Assembly: GCA_965153455.1 (NCBI GenBank)
Contig: OZ234493.1
Location: 34,090,213 to 34,154,212, forward strand
Reading direction: 5' to 3'
From: Sphagnum compactum
Taxonomy: Eukaryota
DNA length: 64,000 nt
Within the stretch, counting starts at the first letter, position 1; each line of letters opens with the position of its first letter. This document shows positions 1 to 12,009 of the stretch, in pieces. The translations under genes and the position numbers were made by a program. The notes under the pieces are model-generated. The model saw nothing but the letters and a program-made list of their open reading frames with translations. It was not told the origin of the DNA and did not search any database.

Positions 1-71
1 AAAAACGAATTCTGGTTTTGAAAAAAATAATTATTCATTTTGTCAATGTGGAAACTGACCCTAGGCTATGG
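1..71 (-). mobile_element. End of a MITE, truncated by the window edge; same family as 1879..2129
   Basis: The reverse complement of 1..71 (CCATAGCCTAGGGTCAGTTTCCACATTGACAAAATG...) closely matches 1879..1945 (CCGTAGCCTAGGGTCAGTTTCCACGTTGACAAAATG...). It is followed by TA at 72-73. Confidence 0.7.
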
Positions 72-498
72 TATTAGTGAATGTTGCTTTTAGAACTGAG
101 TCAAAAGTGGGTCTCCAATGCTCACCAGGGAGATGCTTCATTTTCGAGCTATACATTCAGTTCACTACATATTCCCAGATTTCAATATTGTCTCCTCGTT
201 AAGTTAACCCACTAAATGACCTCCCCATCTAGCATCTACTAGGGTTACGAGCCCAGGTGTCCAAGGACCTCCTGATCGGAGCGTCCCCATAAAAATGTAG
301 ACTCAGAATGGTAACTTATGGTTTTGGGACATCCCAGCGTAGCTCAGACTACGAGAGCCCTGATAAGCACCAGGCAGCATGCCAAAAGCTTTGAGGTAAT
401 TACGGTGAGTGCCAAGAAACGTTGGGAGTGTTTGGGAGTGTTGGGCATCATCACGGGAGCACCAAGCACTGTTGGGAAATACCTGGCCCAAAAAACAA

Positions 499-530
<32 letters not shown>
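499..530. repeat. Compound (AC)n(AT)n microsatellite
   Basis: ACACACACACACACAC followed directly by ATATATATATATATAT. Confidence 0.95.
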
Positions 531-627
531 GCCAATGGTTTCCATGTTGGGAGCATGGCAAAGCACTATCGAGCATGCTGACATGTCCAGGATCATGCTG
601 AGGAACATGCCAGCACATCAGGGTCGC

Positions 628-1145
628 CTTGGGGGAACGAGCACCTACACTGGCACCATGATACAAACCCTAAATATCCCATGGCTAGACTAAGGCCCGC
701 TTTAGACCAGGGTCCAGGGTCCAATTTCCTAGGAACCAATTTGGACTGATTTGAAGCAAATTGAATCCTTGAGTTGGACAATACCTCAGTCCCTAGCCTG
801 ATTCCTGGTTCTCCAAATTAGGAGCTCTCCTTTTAGCACTGTTTTTTGGTCTAAACTCTTTTTTGGTTTGTTTCCCTCTGAAACAGGTGCCATGTAGGTT
901 TAGCCTCAATTTGCCACTTTTTGGTCTTGGACCCTCATCTAAAGGCCTTGGGACCAGTTAAAAGCTTTCGACCAATAAAGTTGCTTGAATTCATTCGTCC
1001 CTGGACCCTGGACCCTTGTCTAAAGTTGCCCTAAATCAGGGTCTCCAAGTCCAAGTTTAACAGTTTCTCAAATAATCATTAGCTAGCGCTAAGAGGTCTT
1101 GCTCAAGAAGGTGAAGGTACCAACATAGGTGCTTGTTCACCCTGG
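628..1145. mobile_element. Non-autonomous TIR element (MITE) interrupted by a Tourist-like MITE
   Basis: Imperfect TIRs: GGGGGAACGAGCACCTACACTGGCACC versus GGTACCAACATAGGTGCTTGTTCACCC. The body is homologous to 6861..7064 and 9130..9349. Confidence 0.6.
694..1031. mobile_element. PIF/Harbinger (Tourist-like) MITE
   Basis: About 30-bp TIRs: GGCCCGCTTTAGACCAGGGTCCAGGGTCCA and, in reverse complement, GGGCAACTTTAGACAAGGGTCCAGGGTCCA. TAA TSD at 691-693 and 1032-1034; empty paralogous site at 6941-6970. Confidence 0.85.
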
Positions 1146-1878
1146 CTCTCAGGGACCATGCCGAGTAGTGTGCCAGCACATGTTGAGGACAACGTAGAGA
1201 GCACTGGTCACAAGGTAAATTTGAACCAGAAATGCAATAAAGTAAACATAGGTAAGAATGAAAAAAAAATTTGCTAGGGAGGGATTTACCAGGACGTCCC
1301 TCGTGGCAATCCCGCAACCTATACCCACTCAAGAATTGAGAGTATCCCATGACCACCAAGTTGGAATGAGTGTGGGGCAGATATCACTTTTCTTAAAGAT
1401 CAGTTCAGGCCAGTTCTTTGCTTTAAAAAAAAAGAAATCAAAGAAGTTGCAAGGTCTTTAAAATCTCTAATTTTTACCACTAAATATTTATCAAATAAAT
1501 CTCCCCAATATCATAATTATTGAATATGTGAAATCGTTTCTTTGATTAAAATTAGAATTTTATTCTCATAATTTACATATACATAGAATGAAGAATACAA
1601 TAATTATTAATCACCTGTAAAACCTAACCTTAAACTCTAACCCTAGCCTAAACCCTAATCTGAGAACTGTGGGGTTCTCAGGCAGAGCTGAATACTTGAG
1701 GGAGCCAGTTCTTTCCAAGAATGGTTGTTAGTTCTTTCAGCGGACAGATATCTACCATAGTCACATCCCGCAGCTACATGGGAAAGAACCGCCCATATAT
1801 TCAGTTGGCAAGCATGTATCTATTATTGTTAATCCACCCTTGATTGGTGGATATACCTACCTGAAACATCTTTGAGTT

Positions 1879-2129
1879 CCGTAGCCTAGGGTCAGTTTCC
1901 ACGTTGACAAAATGATTTTATTTTTTCAAAAAATGAATTTGTTTTAAAATTTTGAAATTATATTTTTTTCCATAATTTACTATAATATTGTGATATGAAT
2001 AGTGAAATTATTCAGAATGTAACCTATGATAATTATGATGATTTTCAACATGACAACTTCAAATTTTCATAAAATTTCATTTCACTATTTTGAGGATTAT
2101 TTGATGACGAAACTGACCTTAGGGTAAGG
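1879..2129. mobile_element. MITE of about 250 bp, probably Tc1/mariner-type (TA target)
   Basis: TIRs CCGTAGCCTAGGGTCAGTTTC and, in reverse complement, CCTTACCCTAAGGTCAGTTTC, around an AT-rich interior. The right flank is TA; the left flank is TT, so the TSD is imperfect. A second copy end lies at 1..71. Confidence 0.7.
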
Positions 2130-2799
2130 TACATTCAAGGAATTTGCACAATCTAACCAGTTGTACTGTTGAAAAGCCTCCAAAAGGTTTCAGGCACTAG
2201 GGGAAAAAGAGCTTTGAAACCAGCATTCACCTAGCACATGTATGATACCATAATCATATTGATCTTGTACATCTTCCCATGGATCATAAAGCACTCAAAC
2301 AAATTCCTTAGTACATTCAGCAGGCATGTTATATATCCATCAATATCCATTCCAAAAGAGAAGAGGGATCTTATGCCTATTTGTAATTAATGGGAGCAAT
2401 CCCTTGCACTTGGAAGGAAGGAGTAGGCATAAGAATGCGCCCCCTCCTCCTACACTAGCCATTTAGGGATGGTATTTTGTTGTTATTGGGAATGGGTACT
2501 TTTGGGGTTTCATTCTTGCAACACCCAGAAATACAGTTATTGTATTCAGTATAAATCTTTCTCTATTCAAGAATTTGAATTGAAAAGTGGATTTTGTTGA
2601 ACAATTGAGAAGACTGAACGTTGTGAAAAGCTGCCTTTCCCCCGCACCCCCCCCCCCCCCCCCCCCACACAAACCATCCACATTGAAAGCTGAAGCACTG
2701 TGATAAAGTTCTGAACTAGTTTTATGTGAAATAGTTCCTAGTAAACGACAATTGAACACACCAAATTTTAGTCCCTGAAAACATCTTGCCGAATCATTC

Positions 2800-3060
2800 T
2801 CTTTTATATGGGTGAAATCTTGCCAGTTGTTGAAAGTTTCTAAATTTTATTAAAAAAGACGAGTGGTTTTGGGGTTTTCAAACGCCAAAACTTCATAAAA
2901 TAGTTCAGGAAAATCGCCAGATTTTTATATCACCGCAAAGCAGTAGCTAAATATATGTAACTACTTTTCTACTTTAATAATTCATTTTATAGCCAAATTT
3001 GGCTAAATCCTTTTATGGATGATCACCACCTTCGCTACATTAAAAAATTGTTCAAAGAAA
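2800..3060 (-). repeat. Dispersed repeat family (TAGCCAAATTTGGCTA / GATCATCCATAGGAAG core), inverted copy
   Basis: TAGCCAAATTTGGCTAAATCCTTTTATGGATGATCACCAC is the reverse complement of the motif at about 12330-12380 and 32066-32115. Boundaries are approximate. Confidence 0.6.
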
Positions 3061-3155
3061 CAGTGTGCTCTGTGCACAACATGACTAAGCTAAAGCCCAC
3101 TTCAATCAATCAACCAGCTTCTGGAGAGTCTGGTGATTGCTTTATTTGGGTTCAG

Positions 3156-3207
3156 AGCTTTGGGAAGCACACCAATCATGTATTGATTGTTTCCACAAGT
3201 ACAAGAG
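3156..3207 (+). CDS. Probable penultimate coding exon of an unidentified gene starting upstream (SFGKHTNHVLIVSTSTR)
   Basis: Acceptor TTGGGTTCAG| at 3155 and donor AGAG|GTATGA at 3207/3208. The exon ends in phase 1 and joins in frame to the exon at 3340. Confidence 0.45.
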
Positions 3208-3339
3208 GTATGAATCATGCTTATTATATTGACAGAAACTTCAATCAAATGCAGGTGGTTTGTTGAACTCTCACTTGAACATGTGATTGTGTGTGCATCA
3301 GTGTTCAAAAGTTAAAACCATGTCCAGATGTATTTTCAG

Positions 3340-3482
3340 ATGAGGAGATCAGGAGGCCTCTGGATGATGCAGAGTCCACACACTGGAGGTCAGCCAGTAG
3401 ACAGAAGTCCAGTACTAACACCATCATTACATTCTTACAGCGGTTCTACCTTCTAGATCATGAATTCTCTTGGGATGACTGA
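3340..3482 (+). CDS. Probable terminal coding exon of an unidentified gene ((D)EEIRRPLDDAESTHWRSASRQKSSTNTIITFLQRFYLLDHEFSWDD*)
   Basis: Acceptor TATTTTCAG| at 3339; 132-nt GT-AG intron 3208..3339; phase-compatible with the previous exon; higher GC and protein-like composition; stop TGA at 3480-3482. Confidence 0.5.
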
Positions 3483-6400
3483 CAAGCTAGCAGTGAGCAC
3501 TGCAGCCTATATGGAAGAAAGTGCCATTCAATTGTTGAACATAGCTGAAATTTCAGTGAGCATCAGATTGGGGCAGAAAATTAGGGATGAGAATGTGCCA
3601 CTCCGTTGTTGGACATAGTTTTTAATTCAGTGGGCCACTGAGCATCAGAGTGTTGTGAAAGCCAATTAGAGCTGGAAGTGTTCCTTTTTAGTTCAAGATT
3701 ATGGTGAAACCAACAAGTTAGGGTTTCTTTTTGTTTGCAGCAAGGAGATAGCCAGCTAGGTGTCTTAGTCCTGATTAGGTGGGCTCCTCTTTGGCTATAT
3801 AATATGCTAAACCCATTTTATGCTCTTGTTGAATCTCCAAATTTGTTCATGGATCATGACTCCAATCATGTAGTGGTGAACATCTTTTGAAGCAAGAAAG
3901 TGGAGATGAATAAACAAATTGGAAAAGAGAAAGGGATATAAATAGATCTCGAGACACTCTTGCAAAGGAAAGCTTCAAGATTAAGAACTTGAGCATCGAA
4001 CTCTTTGTGATTTTAAAGTTGAAGTGTGCATTTGCTTTAAAGGTACAACAATATGTGGGTGGACAATCATCTATTCTTTACTAAAATGTTTTGCATGCCG
4101 GAAAAATGTTGTTCATTTATGTAATTGTTGCATTCCATATGCACTCAATTTTAAAGTTTTGGATGTTAGTGATTTTTTATGGGTTAAAATTTAGTTCATA
4201 ATTTTAGTTCCCATTAAAAAAATTGGGTTCCCAACTGATGGTGTTAAAAACTACCATTAAAAACTAATCATTAAATTTAAACCAAAATTTTGGTGCAACT
4301 AAACCTTAGTTGACATCAAGGATTAACAAAATCATGAATGCTTAGACAATGGTAGGGAATATCACATGTGTGATATCTTGGTTGGTTCGGGGCATTGCGT
4401 TACATTGTCCAATGGGATTTGGTTAGGACTTTAGACCTTGTGTAAGAAAATAATTCTAATCAACTTACACCGCAAATCAATAGAATGGTTGTTAACTTCA
4501 ATTCATGGTTCAGTGTATTGTCATAGGTCTCAGAAAAGGAACCCTAGATGTAGCCAACAACCAAACTTCGTGTGAGAATATATTATAAAGGATTCAACCC
4601 ATTTTTGCCTCTACAAACATAATCATTTACATTGTGAAAAACCTTTGCCTTTTCAAAAGGTCTTGGACTACTATAATTTATGTCATGTAAGCATGACCCA
4701 GTTTAGCATTATTGGAGATGTTGACACATTTGCCACTAGGTGAAGTGATAATTATGCCCTAGATGTTTGCACCTATCCAATGTCAGCCACCTAAGGTCAA
4801 GGTATCCATTATGCAGATATTCAAGTAGGTAAGCCTCTATTAGGTAAATATTTGTACATGGACATGTAAATTACAATTCCATGCAACATGTTCAACCTGT
4901 ATCCTCGACTACTATGATTACACTAACTGGCACAAGATTTGGATGGTGTTGGTTTTGTCAGTATGGTTATAGTTGAGAGACCCTTTTTAGATTGGCATAA
5001 GTTTGGTTTCATTAATCTTATACTTGGGTTTAGAATGATCACATATGCTTTTACATAAAATTATCCTGGTATAGAATATAAAAATAATACTGTTTGGCAA
5101 ACTAAAACATGAAATCTTCAATTTTGACACAAATGTGGAACAAGAATATAAACACAAGAGAAGGCAAAACATGAAGATGCAACATGAATAAGAGAAATTA
5201 CTATGCAAGAATGTAATCATGAAATTTGCTAAACAAAGATGGTCCAAAAGTGTTTGGTAAAGCTTTGAGGCCCTGGGCTTTACTAGGGTAAGGGTGCATG
5301 TGAAATGGAGCCGAGAGTGAGCCCATATTCGAATAAAGTCCGTGGCCACGGTTTTACCATGTGTAAAGATCACAACTATGGTGTGGTGTGGGAGTGACAA
5401 GACGGGAAGCAAGCTTTACAATTTTCATAAGGCCCGCATGAAAATGGACAATTTTTTTGGTCCTACAATGTGATGTCCCAAAAAAACAAAAAACAAAAGT
5501 GAGGTCTTTATGAAAATGTTAAACCATACCTCAAATTAACATAGATGAAGCTGATCATGTGCACAAAATTTAGAGGCATGGGGGGCAAAGCTCATTGAAG
5601 TTTTTGTTACCTTTCATAAAGCCATTATGTAAAGAACCTCATGTTTATTATGAATGAAAATGGATGGTGATGGATTATCCTTGTTCATTAATGGACAATT
5701 ATTTGACAATCACAAACAAAATTTCATCCTTGAGTGAATTTTAACCCACATAAAACAACCATATGCATTATTTTATAAGAAGATGAATATTTATACATAC
5801 TTTGTATAAATATTATACAAACTCTTATGGAGTCGATTGATGTCATCCATCGTAGTCAGCTTTGTTATGGTCATATTTACTTGTGTGGAATTGTAAAGTG
5901 AAGGTTACAAATCATGTTATTGAGATGTGACTGGCTAGAATGCAAAAGTGTTACTGATTTTCTTATAATTGCATGTTGGTTAATGGGGGCGGCAAATGTA
6001 AATTGGAGTGGGTGGGAGTAAATGGTGCACCCTTTGTTTGCTATGACAATGTCTGTGCATGGAAGAAGCTTTTGTAAGCCTAGCATCAATGTAGTTAATA
6101 TGTTCATTACTGTTTCCTAGACATCATTTTCACAACCATTAGCAAATTAAGGAGGTTTAGAGCAACTCCATCAGCTCCATGCACAGTTTTTTGGGATGAA
6201 GTAAAATCAAAGTTTATGCCAGTTTGATATACTAAGTTGGCTTTGAGCGAGCATATGTGCACATGATTCACTGCTTTTAAGATCTTGCAAATGGCACTGC
6301 ACATATACTAATATTGATTTATTCTATTGGTTAAATTGAATGATTGGTTTAGGTGGTTTAATTTAAGTAGCCTCCCACCTTTAACTATCCCAATTTTCAT

Positions 6401-6860
6401 ATTTATAGGTGGAACTTGGGAAATAGTAGTAAGCCATTTTAGATGTGCGAAATGCTATTGGAAGCCCAGATACTGTTTATTAGTGGAGTCGCTCTTAGTT
6501 ACATTTTGTGTAGCTAAGAGGGTTCAACTTTTCATGAATTGTCTATTTGTAAGTCTCCTAGCAATAGAATATATAGGATGTTTGGTCTCTCGTAATGGTT
6601 AAAGATTTGCTCACTTCAAGAATTAAGGTAAATCTCAAGATTAAGGTGACCATTGAAAGACAAGGTAGGACCCCACTTTCAAGTGCATACAAAGGGGACC
6701 CCAAAATGTACATGTCCAATGTGCAACCAGGTCAACATATGTAGTACTACTTGATTAGATTGTTTCCTTTGGTTAGCATATTCCAATCTATGATGTAATT
6801 CACTTTTATAAACTAGGAATGTGGCCCTCTAGGTTAAAAAAATGGGTTAAATGAAACCAT

Positions 6861-7064
6861 CCTGGTTAATGCCTGCAACCACGTTGGTCCCATGGTAAAA
6901 ATCCCAAAATCCATTTAAATTATTTCTAAATATTACAAATATCCCTTGCTTAGAGTAAATCAGGGTCTCTGAGTTCAAATCTAACAATTTTTGGGCTTAA
7001 TATGACCACTAAGAGGCCTCACTAAAAAGGTAAAGATACCAAGGTGGATGCTGGTTCACCCGGG
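6861..7064. mobile_element. MITE copy (family of 628..1145), uninterrupted
   Basis: Shared body CCATGGTAAAAATCCCAAAATCCATTTAAATTATTTCTAAA...TAAATCAGGGTCTC...GATACCAAGGTGGATGCTGGTTCACCC. Confidence 0.6.
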
Positions 7065-9129
7065 TTAGTGGTCTTCATGAGCAAATTCTTTGTGGTCAAG
7101 GTTGCCAGAAAAAAGTGAACACCCAATAATACTGGAATAGTGTGTGGTTTTCCTAGTTCAAACTTGAGTGAGTTGTCTGCATCCTGATTCCTGATCTTAA
7201 TTTTAGGGCTTGAGCCTTCAACTAAGTAACATGCTCTTATATAGAAAGGACAAGAGCTGCAATAAGTACTATATAATGAGTTGTGTTCCAGGGCCAGCAT
7301 CAGTTTGCCAACTTTAGTGAAGTGCTGACAATGGCACAGACTCTGATATTGGTAGAGGAGTCTCCACTCTCCATGCTATAAATATCAACCCTCTGTCACA
7401 TGGATCCAAGGTGCAGCAGGCGAGGGGAAGAAGAAGAAGGGATGGAATGCTTCCCTATTGGCTACATGATGTAGCAGCCAACAGGTCCGAAATATAGATA
7501 GGTTTTCAACATACCTAGAGAGCTAGATCTAGTAGGTATGATCTATGATATCTCTCCCTTCTTTGGACCAAACCCACTCAGGTCTCAAAAGTTACTTTTG
7601 CAAGGTGAGAATGGACTTTCCCAAAACTTTGTCAACTTGCCTTCCCTTCCAAATTTCCCATTTCAGTGTGTGCATGACATGGTTTCTCTAGTAGGCACCA
7701 TACCAACAACGTAGGCAAGCACTGAGCAGTAGGTACTATGCAAACTAAACTGCTGATAAGATCAGAGTCCAGACTGTTATTAGAGGATGTCAGCTCCACT
7801 TGTAGGCTAGTCTCCACTAGTCGCCTTTTGGGGGAGACATACAACGCCTTATTAATGTAGTTCATCCCTCCCCCATCAAGCTTGCCAACAATCTGATTTG
7901 AAGCCTGTTGCTCTATTGATATTGACCCACCAACACCAAAACACCCATTCTTTTTGACAACCCAAAACACAACAAATTTGTTTTTTTTGGTAATGTTGGT
8001 GGATTAATTGCTCTCAATGAACAAGGCGTTGGTGATTAATGAGGGAGCTCCAGTTGCACGCTAGCCCACTACTCTTCTTCTTCCTTGGGGAACTCCATTT
8101 TTAAAAAAATCTTCTCCAAGACTAATAGGTAGAAAAGAGGAAATGAGGATTATTGGGCCCACCCACCCATATGCACAATTTCAAGTATTGTATATGCCAT
8201 ATGGGTGAGCTACAACAACGACATAGTGGCCCAAAATCATCGTGCTCCAGCCTTGGGACCCCATGTTTTTTGGTCCCCCAAACCTGGAGTGAAGGTACAG
8301 ATTGACATAATGATCCCACACACTAGACCCTAGAAATGCTCATTCTCATCCTCTTGGGAAGGCCCCAACTTTTGTGGTTGCTTTCCTAATGTCAACTTTC
8401 ACTCGCTTCCAATTTCCAAACTCACCATAGCACACAATAATAACAAAAAAGTAGCCAGCAATAGGTATGTATATGGAGGATTGCAAGGTTGATAAAGTCA
8501 GACTATTATTAGAGGAAAGGTCAGCTTCACTTGCAAATTGCCCCTGCCCCTCCTCACTGCCAAGTCTCCCCGGGCAGAGTTGAAGCAGCACCTAAGAGGA
8601 AACTTTTTCTCATTGTATTCCTGATATGTACTAACCAGTGTTGGTCAATTATTGAGAAAACAAACACCTGGCTATTGATAACCTACTAATCGATTGGTAC
8701 ATATCATGGCAAGAGTCTCATAATCTACCCGGATGATTGGAATTTCTTCCAGGTAGGCTATCAATCCTAAAATCCTAAGCATGTTTATGACTTTTTAAAA
8801 AGAAAAATTGAATAAAAATAATTATTATTATTTTAAAAAATAAACCCCATAACCTACCCTACCTAGGTAATATAACCAGTGATTCTCAAGGCAAGTATGT
8901 ATATGAAAACCAACTTTCCTTATGCAGAACTGATGATTTATTACCAAAAATAATCGAGGGTGTTGTTACTTCTACAATGAAATTGATAATTCGTGGGTCT
9001 AATTGTTTTTTGAATAGTGATATTGGTACCTAGATTGTTCCAAAAATAAAAAATAATCTACTTCGCCAGTTATGAAAAAAAAAAGCAATAACCAGCCAGC
9101 ACTAATCATCCACATGCATGTACCTAAGG

Positions 9130-9349
9130 CAGGTTAACCAGCACCCACGTTGGAACCATGGTAAAAATCTCAAAATTCATTTAAATTATTTCTAAATGTT
9201 TTAAATATCCCATGATGCTGAGACTCAATTCTCGAAGCCTCTCAGTTCAAATCTAACCTTGTTGGGGCTCGATCGATATGGTCATTAAAAAAGGCCTCAC
9301 TCAAAAAGGTGAGGAGGTACCAACACGGGTGCTGGCTGGTTCATCCTAG
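9130..9349. mobile_element. MITE copy (family of 628..1145)
   Basis: TIRs GGTTAACCAGCACCCACGTTGGAACC and GGTACCAACACGGGTGCTGG..TTCATCC; the body matches 6880..7060. Confidence 0.6.
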
Positions 9350-11520
9350 TCCCAAATACCTTCCTTAATTTACCTACCTACCTACATTAGTAATGAGAGT
9401 TATTTAGAATATGTTACAAACTCACAATAGGTGACCAGGCTAGGTAGGTATGTGAGGGGGAAGTAGGAGGCCTTACAGGATAGAGCACCAAGCAAGGTGG
9501 AGCCACCTTGGTAACTGATGAGTTGTGGTTCATCCACAAGTGAGTCACCAGGGGTTTAAAAATGGAGGGTGCAGTGGTGGGTGCTATGTCACATAGTCCC
9601 ACTCCACTCCCCCACCAACCATGACTCGTTGCTTTCTGATACCCCCAACAACAGGGTCCAATTAGTGGCCTGCATAGGTTGGCAGGCCCTACCCACCCCT
9701 CCCCTCCCCTCCCCTTTGGAAAAGATTAAAAGTTTCCTACCCACAGTGGGCCAACGAAACGAATCTAATAAACTCGGCCCGATACTAATAAAAAAAATGT
9801 CCAGTTATTTTTTAGGACTCTGACACCCTTGTTGCACGCCGGAAGCTAATGGCCAAAGACCAGAATCAGAAGCCCGAAGAGAACGGAAATCCCTCGTGGG
9901 TCTCATCAATTTGTGCACCCAAAAACACATTAGAAAACTATGTCGGAATGAATCGCTGACCCAACATAATCAAAAAGTAGGAGATCGGAGGAGGAGGAGT
10001 TCGATGGTAGCCAGCCAGCAACAAACCAGTGACCACCGCCACCTCTCTCCTCCAGAGCTTCCTTCCACCAAGAAAGAAAAATCATAAGTTAGTCGAACAC
10101 AAAGGGAACATAATTTCTAAAGCTCGGGTGGCGTGCACACTTTTGCCATACTGCTTACTATAAGGTTTAGAAATACCATTATCATAGTACATTTTAATAT
10201 TGACAATACTTACATTAATTTTTAATATGTCCAAAAAAAAATTTAATTACCTACCCAGATCATTAAAAGTCAAAAAATGTGTGTGCCTATTGATGTTGAA
10301 AATTTGAGAACCTGACATCATTGTGTATGTTGTATTTTAGGGTTTTTAGTTTTTGTTGTTTGTGTTCTTCAATATCGAGTAGGTTGGTGACTCATTAGTT
10401 GTTTACTAGAAGCTTAGCAACAACTTCAATGTCTGTTGCGATTCCTTTAAGTTGTTGAATAAAGTGAAGGCGAGGTTGGTTGCAAAGGAAATTGTGCAAT
10501 ATATATATATATTTTTTTTTTAATGAGATTTTTTTCATGGACATTAGGCGTAATAACCAATCACCATTGTCAAATGTTACTTTTTAAAAATGTAATGTGA
10601 TCCAAAAAATTTCCATGAATCTTAAGTTTTATTTCTGAACTTGATTTTGAGAAATCAAACAATTATTGGACACCTGAATATATACGAATCAGGATAAGGC
10701 ACTATGGTATCGAATTAAACCACCAAAACAAAAATTCATATGACCTGAATGAAGAGACCTAGGAGAATGAGGTGTTCGGCTCCACCACGACATAAGTTGT
10801 CCATTTTGGTTAATGGGAGGCTGAAATGGGAGCTCTAGAGGAGGATAAATAGCTGAACTAGATAGCCAATCATGGACTTCTTCAACCTGAAATTTGGGTT
10901 TCAAGACAGAATTTTCAATAAGGCCCCACCCCAAAATGAATAAAAACAACAATGCCAGATAATAAAGTCACACACTTTTCTTTTTTTTGGCCTTAAAAAA
11001 AACAACGCACTTTATCAGATGATTAAAGGGATCAAGGACTAACGTCGTAGTAGGGTTGGAGCCATGGCCCAGGAGCGCCGGGGGGGGGGGGGGGGGTGGT
11101 GGGGAGGGCAAGGGGTTGGAGAGGTGGGTCCAAGGGGGCGGAAGATTGCGGCGGCGATTGCGGAAAACGGCCCCGCCAGCAGACTAGCCCTCGTGCGCAC
11201 ATGTCAGGTATCTTAAAATACTCAAACAAGCGTGGCTTGCAAAGATGATTTTATACTTGAATATATCGTCTTGGTAACTGCCCATCTTCCCCCCCCGGGG
11301 GCCCCTCCCCCCCCCCCCCCCCAAGTGGCCACTCTGCTTCACCAGTATTTATCTACCCGCGGTTGCAAGGCTACCCCCCACTCAATTAAAAATCTATAGG
11401 TACTGGGTTATCATTTCAGGCCGGTATGCTTTATGCTTGCCCTCACGTGCAACTTTCAACTAGCAAAAACTGCCAATCCCAGCCAGTGTTTTTTTCTAGG
11501 AATTCTTGTTTGCAGCCAAA

Positions 11521-11805
11521 GTGGTGACCATCCATAAGATGTAGAAAAATGGATGATCATCCATAGGAAGATGTAAATAAAAAAAGATGTGATCATCCAT
11601 AGGAAGATGTAAAAAAAGAAGATGTGATCATCCATAGGAAGATGGATAAAACATGATGATCATCCATAGGAAGATGTAAAAAAAGTGGTGGTTATCCATA
11701 GAAAGATGAAAAGAAAGTGGTGATCATCCATAGTCAGATGTAGAAAAAGTGCTGATCATCCATAGGAAGATATAGAAAACGTGGCAATCATCCCTAGGAA
11801 GATTG
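11521..11805 (+). repeat. Minisatellite: about 9 tandem units of 30-35 bp (GTGATCATCCATAGGAAGATGTAAAAAA)
   Basis: Repeated ATCCATAGGAAGAT cores separated by A-rich linkers. Confidence 0.9.
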
Positions 11806-12009
11806 AGCAAGATCTCATTACAAACAAAATATGAACTAGAAAATCTTTAATCATCATTTTTATATTTTTGATGCTGAGAACCAAATATAAAAATCTGGTG
11901 ATTTTTATTAATTTTTTCTCACTTATGGTAATTGTACACTTTCAAGTTTTTATTTTATTTATTTCTCTTTTAGGGGAAAAAATAATATGGAAGGGCTTCA
12001 TGCCAATGG

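Noticed and set aside
8038..8055. GAGGGAGCTCC, resembling the miR159/319 3' end
   Set aside because: The rest of the mature sequence and a complementary star arm are absent.
11521..11805. CRISPR-like repeat-spacer appearance
   Set aside because: The linkers are short, A-rich and similar to each other; there are no cas genes and the context is eukaryotic. It is a minisatellite.
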